Program-made: the position numbers and the translations under genes | DNA from: Nitrososphaerales archaeon | GTDB lineage: Archaea; Thermoproteota; Nitrososphaeria; Nitrososphaerales; UBA213 | Length of the DNA stretch: 64,000 nucleotides | Assembly (NCBI GenBank): GCA_965197925.1 | Contig: CBDAOC010000020.1 | Location: forward strand, 576,001 to 640,000 | Reading direction: 5' to 3' | In this document: positions 30,550 through 41,740 of the stretch, piece after piece | Numbering within the stretch: position 1 is the stretch's first letter | Layout: each line of letters starts with the position of its first letter | Notes under the pieces: generated by a model | Seen by the model: the letters and a program-made list of their open reading frames with translations, nothing else | What the model was told of the DNA's origin: nothing | The model's database searches: none

Positions 30550-31301
30550 TATGATAGAATCACACATACCACCACATGCAAAAACTGGCAGGCCTAGGGA
30601 TGATGATAGAAAAATCATTAACGGAATAATCCATGTTCTAACTACTGGATGCCGATGGGACGATATGCCAAAAAGATATGGTGATGATTCTACTGCAAAC
30701 AGAAGGTTAAACAAATGGCAACAAAAAGGAATCTGGAAAAAGATTCTATCACGTACTATTCACTCAGCACATAAATCTGGCAAAATTAATCTACATCAGT
30801 TGACTCTTCATCCATTCCTGATAAAAAAGGGGCAATGTAACTGGATATAATGGATTCAAGAGAATAACAGGTACAAAAATACATGCCGCAGTAGAGGGTA
30901 ACGGATTTCCAATATCCATACTGTTGAGTCCAGCAAATGAACATGACAGTACAAAATGCATGGATGTTACAGGATCAATTTCAGACTATCTTGATGATGA
31001 TTCAATACAACAGATAGAATCAGTTTATGCAGACAAAATGATGCAAAATACATCAGAATGTATTTGTGGGATAGAAATATTGCATGTTGCATCCCATACA
31101 AAATAAATTCCAAGTTCATCTTGCAAAATAATGATTACAAACATTACAGCAAGACAAGATTTGTAGTTGAGAGATTCCTTGCATGGCTCAAGAATGGATT
31201 TCACAGAACAAGAACCAGGTATGAAAGAACGGCAGAAAACTACCTGGCATTTGTTAATCCTGCATCATTTTTGATGTATTGTAGGGTTTTGAGATGAGTT
31301 G
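30550..31301 (+). mobile_element. IS5-family element A, 5'-truncated copy, transposase frameshifted
   Basis: Near identical to the copies at 42011 and 58712; ends in IR GTTTTGAGATGAGTTG; TGCRW, GTKIH, RFVVERF. Confidence 0.9.
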
Positions 31302-31329
31302 TCTATTACCAAATTCACAGATGCAGGAA

Positions 31330-31685
31330 TCTCTCTCAGCACCACCAACCTCATTTGCTAAAACATATGGAGCCTCTGATGATGAATTTGCAAGCGTAGC
31401 TCAGCAAGCATAAGATAGTAGTTATATGCTTGCAGGATCTACAAAATCAATAGTATTCGGTGCAATTAATCATGATTTCTGGCTTGTCAAGATCGAGCCG
31501 AATGGTGATATAGAGTGGGAGAAACGCTATAAACGGGCCCCGGAGGAGAATCAGTAATCTCAGCCGAACAAACCTCTGACGGAGGATATATAGCCACTGG
31601 AACAACGTCCGCTCCAGGTGAGGGTTTTGCAGACTTTTGGGTTCTGAAGTTGATGTATTAGGTAATGTGGAGTGGGAGAAAAGGG
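31330..31685 (+). pseudogene. Degenerate beta-propeller-like repeat protein remnant
   Basis: FAKTYG...DFWLVKIEPNGDIEWEKRY and DFWVLK...GNVEWEK repeats, with stops and frameshifts. Confidence 0.6.
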
Positions 31686-31755
31686 TTAATTTACGAAGTA
31701 CTGTAATAGTACGGTATAATACCTTAAATACTACCAGTTTGATCCATTATATGCA

Positions 31756-32487
31756 TTGTCCTCTCGCATTGAATTATCAAGACAATTTCCCATAGAATAT
31801 CAGCGCGCTTCAGAATTACTCGGATTAAGTTCGGGAATCACAGAGCTCGATAGACTGCTGGGTTTTATAGAGAAAGGGGAAATCATATTTGTCAAAGGAG
31901 GATCACGCAAATATTTTCTAGAATTATTCTGTCTGCGAGCAATTCTGCAGTACCGCAATTATTGCTTGTTCATAGATGGCTACAACAGTTTCGATCCGTA
32001 TCTATTATCAAATCTAGTGGGAAAGCAAGAAAAGCCGAAGGAAGTGTTAAGCAAAATAATATTATCAAGAGCATTTACCTGTCATCAACTCGCATCGTTA
32101 ATTATCAGAGAATCGAAAAATATAACTCACATTTTTCCTTCCACATTCATAGCAATATCTGACATGCTACATATGTTCACAGATCCGGAATCGGATGTTC
32201 ACTATAACGAAACCAAGAAAATCGTTACAAAGATGTTAAAATCAATACAAAATTTGGCAAGCAGGAATAATGCAATAATGATGATTACTTCAGATGTAGA
32301 TAATGATTCGCTAAATGCAATGATGGAATGTTGTGCAGATACAGTACTAACAGTCCACGGCAAGAAAGTAACACATGTAACATTTGACAAACATTACTTG
32401 CATCAGAATATTTTAATCGATTTAACACTAGCAGAGAAACCAGCAACTGCAACGACAATTGAACCGTGGCTGATGGCAAATGGGTAG
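31756..32487 (+). CDS. Inactivated RadA/RecA-like protein of the PolB2 operon (ImuA-analogous)
   Basis: SGITELDRLLG, degenerate Walker A (no GKT), FIDGYNSFDPY, SRAFTCHQL. Confidence 0.82.
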   Translation: MSSRIELSRQFPIEYQRASELLGLSSGITELDRLLGFIEKGEIIFVKGGSRKYFLELFCLRAILQYRNYCLFIDGYNSFDPYLLSNLVGKQEKPKEVLSKIILSRAFTCHQLASLIIRESKNITHIFPSTFIAISDMLHMFTDPESDVHYNETKKIVTKMLKSIQNLASRNNAIMMITSDVDNDSLNAMMECCADTVLTVHGKKVTHVTFDKHYLHQNILIDLTLAEKPATATTIEPWLMANG

Positions 32488-32755
32488 AACTGTACCTTCT
32501 TTCAGAATTCTGATTAACGAAGAGATTATCAGATGGAGAGATTTCAGAAGCAATCTATCGAATGAAGAAAGGAAAGTGTTTGATGATATGATGAACAGCA
32601 GCAAGGCTCATGCATCTGCATCTTCATGCGCATTGCAAACCAATGTGTTCCAAATTCTATGTATTTCTATTATCCTTGACCACCAGAACAGACTTGAGAA
32701 CATTGCCACTATAGTCGAGGGATTGCATTTCGGTGAGAGAAATGAAGAGATTTGA
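32480..32755 (+). CDS. Small helical PolB2-associated protein
   Basis: MGRTVPSFR...W..FR..L...ERKVFDDM; overlaps both neighbours. Confidence 0.8.
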   Translation: MGRTVPSFRILINEEIIRWRDFRSNLSNEERKVFDDMMNSSKAHASASSCALQTNVFQILCISIILDHQNRLENIATIVEGLHFGERNEEI

Positions 32756-32972
32756 AGACGAAATTCAAAACTGGGATGGATTTCTCAATGCATTAAGAGC
32801 GGATGACAGGCTTATGTTCAGAAGAATGCTGATAGACTTGCAGAAGTATGGAGAGACAATAGGCGACCGTGAGAACACTACTGAAGCCCTCATCGTTGCT
32901 ATACTCGTTCAGCAGCACAAAATCATCAAGTGGCTTGAATCAGAGATTCAGAAATTGAGAGCAAGGAGTTGA
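32733..32972 (+). CDS. Paralogue of the small PolB2-associated protein
   Basis: EIQNWDGFLNALRADDRLMFRRM...EALIVAILVQQ aligns by eye with the upstream protein. Confidence 0.7.
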   Translation: MREMKRFEDEIQNWDGFLNALRADDRLMFRRMLIDLQKYGETIGDRENTTEALIVAILVQQHKIIKWLESEIQKLRARS

Positions 32973-35245
32973 GCAAATTGCCAGAAGGATGGATTCTCGA
33001 TATTCATCCACATGTCAGTGAAGATGGTCTAATGACGATTTGGCTGAAGCAAAGAAATGGTAAAACAGTGTGCGTACATGACAAATGGTCTCCTTCCATC
33101 TACGTTTATGGAGAAAGCAAGGAAGAACTGAAGCAATTATTACAAATTCCTAAAGTTACATCTTACATAGCTGATTTCGGTTTTGAATACAAAATTGTGG
33201 AGATAATGGACAAATCACCGAAAGAAGTTATGAGACTCACTTTAAAGAATGCAAGTGACATGTTAAAAATTGCAAATACAATTTATGATTCAACCGAGTA
33301 CGGCAGATACCAGATTTACAACGCTGACATTGACCCTGCACAGATTTACATGTATGAACATGATATCTTTCCTCTTGCCGACGTCAAGGCAGATGGTAGC
33401 GAGAGAATAAAATGGGAGATGATTGATTCTATTGATGCAGTTGACTATGCAATTCCTGAACTGACTAAACTTCGACTACAAATACAACACAAGAAAGAAG
33501 ATGCATTGGTCAGAGAAAGAGATCCAATACAATTTGTGGAATTGACAACAGATGAAGATACAATAAGAATTGAGACCGATGAAAAAGAAAATCTGCTTCA
33601 ACTTGTAAAAAGCATTCGTGAAATAGATCCCGATATGATATTCACTGACAACGGTGACTCATTTGTTGTCCCAAACATATTGTTACGAGCGCGGGTTAAT
33701 GGTCTTTCTGAAAAAATGATTCTAGGAAGAACTGGCCAACCGAATATCTTGCACAAGAAAAAGGGTTCAACATATTTTTCATATGGAAGAGTGCTTTACA
33801 AGCCCAGGCCTGCAAGATTCTTGGGGAGAGTGCATATCGACATGGCTAATACATTTGTCTATGCTGAATCTGGTCTCGAAGGATTAATGGAAGTAGCAAG
33901 AACATGTATAGTCCCATTGGACACTACAGTGAGAGCGTCAATTGGAAGAATAATGACCAGTATTGAGTTTTATCATGCGTATAGAGATGGCATACTGATA
34001 CCGTGGAAGCCTAATCTTGCAGAACGTTTCAAGAATGCGTTAGATTTGATGATAGGAGACAGGGGCGGCTTTATTTTTGAACCCAGTATAGGAGTATATG
34101 ACAATGTTGCCGAGATAGATTTTTCCTCACTATATCCAACACTTATGTTCAAGAAAAATATTAGTGCAGAAACAATTGGATGCGATTGCTGTACTGATTC
34201 GAGAATAAGGGTTCCAGAGCTGAACTACAACATTTGCGAAAAAAGAATCGGAATAATTCCTAAAGCATTAGAAATGATTCTCTACAAACGCAGACAGTAC
34301 AAAGAGATGAAGAAATCTGCAGGAGATGAAGTTGCCAGACATGTATATGATTGCAGACAGAATGCGTTGAAGTGGGTTCTTGTTTCTTGCTTCGGATATC
34401 TTGGATTCAGAAATGCAAAGTTCGGAAGAATAGATGCCAATATGGCTGTCTGTGCGTTTGCAAGAAAAACATTGTGGGACGCAGTGAAATTGGCAGAGGC
34501 AAATGCGTATGAAATTGTACACGGTATTGTTGATTCATTATGGTTGAAGAAACACAATGCAAGTAATGAGGATTATCTTGAACTTTGTTCGCAGATTGAA
34601 AAAGAAACCAATTTGAAAGTATCCTTCGAGGGGATGTACAAGTGGATTGCATTTCTGCCATCAAAAATGTACAGCGGATTACCTGTTATCAATAGATATT
34701 TTGGAATATTCAAGAATGGAGAAATCAAGATCCGAGGTATTGAAGCGAGAAAGCGTGACACACCTGAATTCATCAGAAAATGTCAGATACAGATGCTTGA
34801 AGTTATGTCCCGACATTCTAATTCCATAGAAGTTAAGAGAAATCTTCTGCAAGCAGTAACAGTTCTGATTAAGCATGTACAAGCACTCAAAGAAAGAAAG
34901 GTTCCTATAGAACAACTTGTGGTAAATAGGCGTCTAACCAAAGGATCTTCAGATTATAAGAAAGATATTATTCAAGCAATAGTTGCAAAACAACTTGACA
35001 AATGCGGTAGAAAACTTTATGCAGGTGAATCAATAAGTTACGTTATCACTGATTATTATAACAAGACTTCTGAAAGGAGAGCTATTCATACCGACCTCAT
35101 CAACGGGAGTGTGGAATATGATGTAAGGAAATACTTGGAAATGCTTCTCGATTCTGCAAATACAATTTTGAATCCATTTGGTATAACAAATCCATTACAA
35201 GCTACACTGGAAAACAGAATTGAGAACACGGCAATAGACATTTAA
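32969..35245 (+). CDS. polB2: Family B DNA polymerase, PolB2 subgroup
   Basis: Motif A DFSSLYPT intact, motif B RQNALKWVLVSCFGY, motif C altered to HGIVDS, exonuclease ExoI motif not recognisable. Confidence 0.88.
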   Translation: MSKLPEGWILDIHPHVSEDGLMTIWLKQRNGKTVCVHDKWSPSIYVYGESKEELKQLLQIPKVTSYIADFGFEYKIVEIMDKSPKEVMRLTLKNASDMLKIANTIYDSTEYGRYQIYNADIDPAQIYMYEHDIFPLADVKADGSERIKWEMIDSIDAVDYAIPELTKLRLQIQHKKEDALVRERDPIQFVELTTDEDTIRIETDEKENLLQLVKSIREIDPDMIFTDNGDSFVVPNILLRARVNGLSEKMILGRTGQPNILHKKKGSTYFSYGRVLYKPRPARFLGRVHIDMANTFVYAESGLEGLMEVARTCIVPLDTTVRASIGRIMTSIEFYHAYRDGILIPWKPNLAERFKNALDLMIGDRGGFIFEPSIGVYDNVAEIDFSSLYPTLMFKKNISAETIGCDCCTDSRIRVPELNYNICEKRIGIIPKALEMILYKRRQYKEMKKSAGDEVARHVYDCRQNALKWVLVSCFGYLGFRNAKFGRIDANMAVCAFARKTLWDAVKLAEANAYEIVHGIVDSLWLKKHNASNEDYLELCSQIEKETNLKVSFEGMYKWIAFLPSKMYSGLPVINRYFGIFKNGEIKIRGIEARKRDTPEFIRKCQIQMLEVMSRHSNSIEVKRNLLQAVTVLIKHVQALKERKVPIEQLVVNRRLTKGSSDYKKDIIQAIVAKQLDKCGRKLYAGESISYVITDYYNKTSERRAIHTDLINGSVEYDVRKYLEMLLDSANTILNPFGITNPLQATLENRIENTAIDI

Positions 35246-35254
35246 CTAAAATTA

Positions 35255-35503
35255 CTCTTTGGAACAAGAAAAACCATATTTGCAAAGCTTTCCGAAGGGG
35301 ATTTAATGTCACTTAACAGAATTATGGATTCTATGGGTTATAGCACATTAGGGGAATTTTTAAGAGATATAGTAAGACAGAAAATCGATGTAGGAAATGA
35401 GCCGTTAGAAAGGTTTACCTCCAGAGAGGAAAAGGTAAACCTTCTTTATATCGGTCGCGGGACTTCCAAGATCACTGAGGATTCAAATCCAACCCAATTC
35501 TAA
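35255..35503 (+). pseudogene. Ribbon-helix-helix domain fragment, possibly the N-terminal part of a split integrase
   Basis: In frame upstream of the tracked ATG: RKTIFAKLSEGDLMSLNRIMDSMGYSTLGEFLRDIVR (RHH pattern). Confidence 0.4.
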
Positions 35504-35769
35504 CCCAACATGTAACTGAAATTAAATTAAAATTCTAATCCATCAACAGGGCTCCACATGAAAAATCCTTTATCCTGCCCAAGGCTCTCCATAAAAAACA
35601 GTCATTAATGATTTTGAACTCGAAACTTTTGCTTTCCAATCTAGCGAACATCTAATGCTAGAATATAATGAAATAATCTTTTAATCATCTTAAGCACAAA
35701 TTGCAGTGTTAAACTTTTTCTTTATATATTAAAGATAATCGATAATAATTATAGGCCGAAGATACAATT

Positions 35770-36154
35770 ATGATTATAAGAAATTGGCGTGATGTAAAAT
35801 GTACCATTGCCCATGAGGCTGGAGAGGATTGGAGACTTTTATCTATGCCCACAAGAACTGCTGGTGATATTGAAGTTGAAGTGGATCCGAAATTTCAACT
35901 TTTGAAAGCAATAACCATACGTTTCGTTAGCCAGACTAAAATCCGGTTTAAATTATGAAGAGCATGAGCACGAGGATCACGAGGAGGTTTATTACATAAT
36001 CAAGGGAACTGGAAAAATAAAAATGGGAAATGAAGAAGGTCGATTCAGATATGGAGACATTATCTACATACCAGAAAAAACAAAGCATTCTATAACTAAC
36101 GATGGTAAGGAAGTAGTAGAATTCTTGGCATTTGGTGGCCTTACCAAGAATTAA
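35770..36154 (+). pseudogene. Cupin-domain protein, frameshifted near 35920
   Basis: Second frame reads HEHEDHEEVYYIIKGTGKI...GDIIYIPEKTKHSITN. Confidence 0.8.
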
Positions 36155-36165
36155 GGAGTATACTT

Positions 36166-36780
36166 ATGAAAATAATTGACATTTCGATGGACATAAATGA
36201 GAACATGCTTACATATCCAAAAAATCCAAAACCAAAAATAAGAACATACTCAACAATTCCTAGAGAGAAAACCAATGAGTCGCTCATTGTAATCGGCAGT
36301 CATACGGGAACTCACGTAGATTCACAACTTCATATCAAGAAATATGGAAAAGGTTCTGATAAATTGCCGCTTAATAGTTTTTATGGAAGCTGTAGAGTCC
36401 TTGATTTAATTCATGTTGGAAAAGAAATACATGAAGAGCATCTAAGGAAATTCAAAATAAAGAACAAAGAAATTATTTTGCTAAAAACAGAGAATTCAAA
36501 AAGACAGTATAATACATTTAGAAAAGATTTTACACATATTAAGATTGATGCGGCGAAGTATCTAGTAAAAAAGAAAATTAGAACTTTGGGTGTTGATTAC
36601 TTAAGCCCAAAAAAGTTTAAAGCAGAAGATGAGGCGCACGAAATATTAATCAACAACTTTACACTATTTGAAGGCCTGTACATGAAAAATGTAAAGCCTG
36701 GAGCTTACACCTTCATTGGATTACCCCTCAAAATGAAATGCGACGGAGCCCCTGCAAGGTTATTTCTAATAAAGAGGTGA
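36166..36780 (+). CDS. Cyclase family (kynurenine formamidase-like) metal hydrolase
   Basis: GSHTGTHVDS, GVDYLS, DGAPAR; GGAG RBS. Confidence 0.9.
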   Translation: MKIIDISMDINENMLTYPKNPKPKIRTYSTIPREKTNESLIVIGSHTGTHVDSQLHIKKYGKGSDKLPLNSFYGSCRVLDLIHVGKEIHEEHLRKFKIKNKEIILLKTENSKRQYNTFRKDFTHIKIDAAKYLVKKKIRTLGVDYLSPKKFKAEDEAHEILINNFTLFEGLYMKNVKPGAYTFIGLPLKMKCDGAPARLFLIKR

Positions 36781-36784
36781 TTGA

Positions 36785-37722
36785 GTGGAAAAGACATTAG
36801 GTATAATCGGTTTGGGGAAGATGGGTGGCAATCTGGCTCTTCAGGCCGTAGAAAAAGGTATAAAAGTTGTCGGCAAAGCAAGAAGCAAGAAACCGGATTT
36901 AGAAAGTAAAGGGGTAGCAGTGGTTTCTGATTATGAAAGTTTTTTTGCGCGTTTAAACAAACCGAGAGTCATTTACCTGTCCCTTCCCGCAGGTTCCACA
37001 GTAGACCAAGTTCTTGGGGAAATTACCCCCCATCTACACAAAGGAGATGTGATATTAGATGGAGGAAATTCTTTCTTTGTTGACTCGATAAGAAGAGAAA
37101 AGGAAATGCGGAAAGAAGGTTTTCACTTTCTTGATTGTGGTACAAGCGGTGGGCTTGATGGAGCAAGATATGGAGCATGTTTTATGGTTGGTGGTAAAGA
37201 AGAGGGAATTGAAATAGCCGAACCAATCCTAAAGGCCCTGGCTGTGAGAGACGGCTTCTTGTATACAGGTGAGCCTGGCACTGGCCATTATGTAAAACTT
37301 GTTCATAATGGAATAGAATTCGGGATGTTGCAGTCTATTGCTGAAGGTTTTGCATTGCTAAGAGGGAGTGGTTTTGATTTAGATCTCGTAAACGTTTTCA
37401 AGAATTGGTCGCATGGTTCAGTAATTAGAAGTTGGCTTATCGAACTAATGGAGAAAGGTTTGAGAGAACAGAGTCTTGACAAGATAGAAAGTTACGTTGA
37501 AGATACTGGAGAAGTGAATTGGCTGGTTCATGATGCACTAAACAAAGAAATTCCTATACCTGTGATTTCGCAATCTATAATGGAGTTGCTGAAGTCTAGA
37601 CAAAAGGATAGCGACGCTTACAAAGCCATTGCATTGATGAGACATGGTTTGGCGGCCATCCTTTTGGAAGAGACGAATATATCAGGAAAGAAAGGAAAAC
37701 TGGTTGGGTAGAAAAAGTTTAA
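36785..37722 (+). CDS. gnd: 6-phosphogluconate dehydrogenase, short decarboxylating type, with a frameshift in the C-terminal RHGFGGH motif
   Basis: GLGKMG, DGGNS, DCGTSGG, KLVHNGIEFG, VEDTGE. One base is missing near 37648, so GGHPFG lies in another frame. Confidence 0.85.
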
Positions 37723-38089
37723 ACTTGAAATAAATTCTAGCCCAACCTTGTATAATCTGAACAGATTTAGAATGTCTGAATCCACTTGGTTCAAACATTT
37801 TCAGGATCATCCCTACCCTCCATCCAATCCGTTCTGGTTAATAGCTTATCTGTTATAATGAGATTTTTGTAGGGCCTTATTTTTCCAAGTTGGTTTCCTA
37901 ACTAGTATATGGTTTTTTCAGGATGAACCCTTATAGAAACAATGGTCTATGGTGGAAGTAATTTCTCTTGGACTGCAACATTATTAATACTCATGATTTA
38001 GGATAGAGGTCTGGAATTCCACCAGACTAACTAGATTACAGTCGTCTGAACAATATTGCTGAGATCTATCTATTTTTTTTCTTGAAAGC

Positions 38090-38553
38090 TCAAATTTTTA
38101 CCTTACCAAGTTCCTTGACCTTCTGTACCATCCTTGCCTCTCCTTCTGCGAATTTCCTTTTATTTTCTTCAGTCTCAAATAGGAGTCTAGGCACCTCTGT
38201 TGGTTTGCCGTTCTTGTCTAGCGCTACACCTGTAATAAAAGCAGTTCCTGTAAGAATTTTACGCCCTTTCTCCAAGTCCTCTGCTTCCACTTTTACTTCA
38301 ATTTCCATAGATGACTTGGCGACGTAGTTGAGTCTAGCAGTAAGGATCAGTGCATTTCCAATAAAGACAGGTTTAAGGAAGTTAACTTTATCTATGCTGG
38401 CAGTAACTATATTGTTCCTTGCATGTCTTTTTGCAACCAGAACTGCAATAAGATCTATATGTTTTAAAATCACACCGCCAAAGACATTACCCTGAGGATT
38501 AGCATCACTACCGTCATTTGAGCTTTTGATTCATTGGGACTCTTCGTACTCAT
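38090..38553 (-). pseudogene. Acyl-CoA thioesterase (hotdog fold) with a 5' deletion/frameshift
   Basis: MSTKSPNESKAQMT / DANPQGNVFGGVILKHID...VTASIDKVNFLKPV. Confidence 0.8.
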
Positions 38554-39213
38554 TAAGTTGCAATAAAAATGTCTATCTTAATAAATTGAACTTTTTTATC
38601 TGAATACACTTCATGGCTGCAATATTATTAGCGAAGCTCTACATTGCTTATTTGATCCTTGTGTCACATCTAGTGGTAGGATTAAACATCCAAAGCCTAC
38701 CTATTCTAATGTGGACTCGCCAAAGTATACTAGAAATAAAGTATGATATGGCAAATTAGTTCCTTTTCTCGTGATACTGTTCTACATGCTCATGAAATTC
38801 CCTTTTGGTTCTGAGCATGATACGGCAATACTAAGTCATAGGCCTAATCCTTTAAATTATCAATAAAACTATATCCAACGTAGCTCTACATATTACACGA
38901 TTCAACACTGAACGGCTGATCATCATTAGCATAATCTTTAGACGGTAATATTATATCTAGAATATAATGGAATTTTTAGTGTCAGGGTGTTAAATTTTTT
39001 ATGGATCATCTTCTTTACTGGTTCATGTCACATTTTCAATTTTGATAGCAAATACAATTTTTTAAAATATAGGTTTCAAAAATTACATTTCTCCCTTTGG
39101 TAGATACAATTAATGATCGTTCAGAGCGATACCCGCTCTTATTGCTGTGATCCCATAAATAATAATATATCATACATTTTTCGTTTTGAAATCTACATCA
39201 ACCAGTTCCCACA

Positions 39214-39504
39214 TCAAACTTGATCATAAATTCTCTTACGTTTGTTCTCCTCGGACACTATTTTGTGATAATATGAAAGATAATTCCGACCTTCATCAGT
39301 TATGACTAAGGTTGAAGAATCATCCTTCGAAATGGCTACAAGCTGTAGTTTCCGCAGAAAAGCAAAATACTTTGATATTCTCGTATAATTGAAATTACAT
39401 CTGTATTCCAATTGTGATTTCTTTAACGGACATTCGGTTAAATCATAGAGCATGTTAAAAATTATCGTTAAAACTCCACAACTTTTAGATCCCATCTTCT
39501 TCAA
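39214..39504 (-). CDS. Small winged-helix transcriptional regulator
   Basis: KKSQLEYRCNFNY...YF..L....L....ITDEGRNYL, an archaeal wHTH pattern. Confidence 0.75.
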   Translation of the reverse strand: MKKMGSKSCGVLTIIFNMLYDLTECPLKKSQLEYRCNFNYTRISKYFAFLRKLQLVAISKDDSSTLVITDEGRNYLSYYHKIVSEENKRKRIYDQV

Positions 39505-39620
39505 TGCCGTTCAGATCAGTGGTAGCATCTATAACAATTACCTATAATAGTTCTATTTTACCTAGAATGGTTCTATTATTTCTTGACGAACCTCACGTAC
39601 TAGGTCTTCTATTGCTGTTA

Positions 39621-39842
39621 CTACATTCTAGATGCCAAGTTCACGTTTATTGCCGCGAAAGCTTTGCGCTCAGGTGAACCTTTTGGTTTAGTGCGCAAGC
39701 GCATTCCACAGCAGGGGCAGTTGACGCTATTCCACCACACAAAAAGCTAGCAGGTCTGACATCTCTTCTGTCCAAATGCATATCTTTTACCTCGTTTACC
39801 TTTTATTGCCCTGTATCTTAAACAGTTATCTTTACATGCCAT
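39621..39842 (-). pseudogene. Thaumarchaeal small zinc-finger protein with an internal TAG
   Basis: MACKDNCLRYRA...GQKRCQTC*LFVWWNSVNCPCCGMRLRTKPK. Confidence 0.75.
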
Positions 39843-40187
39843 AACTCGTCAACACCAATGACTAAATAGAATTACGAAAGCCCATAAATATTACCTTTAA
39901 CTGTTGTAGTAAGTATTAGATAACCAGGTGAAAACAAGAATGTTCATTCCAACACGTGGGGAACTTGTGAAGGGTTTGAATTTTTCAACAGGTGCAATCA
40001 AGTATTCTTCTTCTACTGTTAAAGGTTAGAATTTCAACTACAACATCCTGTCATCACAAATCTATAACGTTAACTCTTACAACTATGCAGTAAAGTTTTC
40101 ACAAATAGTCTGTAAGGAACTTTACTATTGATATAGGGTTTGTAAGAGCTTGATAATATTGGAGTGTAAATAGATACTATCCAACAC

Positions 40188-40757
40188 CTAATATGGTAAT
40201 CCTTTTTCCCTCTGGTTTTTGAATGCTTCAATATACCATTCAAATTCGTCTAGGAATCGTTTTGCCCTTCTTTCATATGCCTCTTCTTTTAGTTTTCCAT
40301 CGTCATCAAAAACATTCTGAACCTTGGACACAGGAAGAGAGGAGGATATAGAGGGGGCACCCAATTCTGCAAATATGAGCCGTAGTTGTTCGGCTGCCCT
40401 TACACCCCCAAAACCACTAACAGAATAGGATACTATAGCAGAAGGTTTGAAAAAGTATTCCTCTTGGAAGCAATCCAGTAAGTTCTTCAAAGCAGATGAC
40501 ACACTGTGGTTATATTCAGGTGTCAGGGCTAGATACCCTTCAGCATTCTTAATCATTTCCCTGAGTGTCTTCAACTTTTCTGTAGGATTAGACATCTCCT
40601 TATACATCCTGTCAAGTAGAGGGAGATCAAGTTCCAGTGGATCAATGAAGAATACCGTATGTCCTCGACTTTTCAAAGTCTCTTCCATCCAGCGACCGAC
40701 CTTTATACCATTCCGATCTTGTCTCACTGATCCAATCAATAAGGCGATCTTGGCCAT
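40188..40757 (-). CDS. NADPH-dependent FMN reductase
   Basis: IGSVRQDRNG, TPEYNHS, LKNLLD, GGVRA; ATG at 40757. Confidence 0.9.
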   Translation of the reverse strand: MAKIALLIGSVRQDRNGIKVGRWMEETLKSRGHTVFFIDPLELDLPLLDRMYKEMSNPTEKLKTLREMIKNAEGYLALTPEYNHSVSSALKNLLDCFQEEYFFKPSAIVSYSVSGFGGVRAAEQLRLIFAELGAPSISSSLPVSKVQNVFDDDGKLKEEAYERRAKRFLDEFEWYIEAFKNQREKGLPY

Positions 40758-41086
40758 ACGTTGAAAACTCTTGTAATACCTTAAAAATTGATTGATTCTA
40801 CGAGTTCTTATCAAACCGAACGTTCGGAATATAAATTGGAGGTGCGGCTAGTGATTATATTTTCTTTCATCCAAAAACTAATCACATGTGAAATTTCTAT
40901 TGATAAAATCGGTAGTTGTGTTCCTTCATTCACATTCATTGTCAAACTTTCCAATGCCCATAAATGAAGTCAGCTCCTTACAGGTGGAAGTTCTTCCAGA
41001 AGGAATTGTAAACATTCCAATCCAATTTCCTTCTATTGTTTCCTAACACTCTATTTTTATTATAGGGTCATGTTCATCATGGCCTA

Positions 41087-41740
41087 CTAATCTGGAGAAA
41101 TTCCAATTCCCTTATTTTCTATCATGTCTATTACCAAAGCTGCTGTCCAGGAAAACGCTTTCCCTCCCAAACCCTCCCCAGTGTGTGGGTCAAAATATTC
41201 CCTAAATCCATAGTTCTGAGCCAACTCAAAAGTTCCTTGTTTTAAATGCTCAGCCTCTTCCTCATAACCATACTTCAACAATCCCAAATAAATCATCCAA
41301 TTTGTATTAATCCAAACAGGTCCTCGCCAATAGTTAACTGATTTAAAGTATGATTCTTCCAAATCGGTGCTGGGTATAGAGGGTACATGACAATTGCCAT
41401 CACCACACCAATGAGAATGGGTTATCCATTTTACAATCCTGTCTATATCTTCCCTGGTTATTAGACCAGCGTAAATTGGTATGAATGATGCCACCGTCTG
41501 TTTCTTTATCCAAGTTCTCTTTTCCAAATCATAATTGTAGAAAAGATTTTCTTCCGTTTCACCCAATTTTTCTCATGTAGGAACGAAATTCTTATAGAAG
41601 TTATTTTCTATCCTTGAGAACCACCTCCTTATCTGCTTTGTATCTTCACCTATGAGATCAGCAATTTTTAACATGTATTTATTTGCTACATACAATATAC
41701 TGGTAGTTACAATGTCCTTTATCTTGAATGGGTATTCATT
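41087..41740 (-). pseudogene. GH63/MGH1-like glycoside hydrolase C-terminal fragment truncated by IS5
   Basis: YWRGPVWINTNW, GFREYFDP.TGEG.G...FSWTAA; internal TGA near 41574; upstream part replaced by the IS end. Confidence 0.8.
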
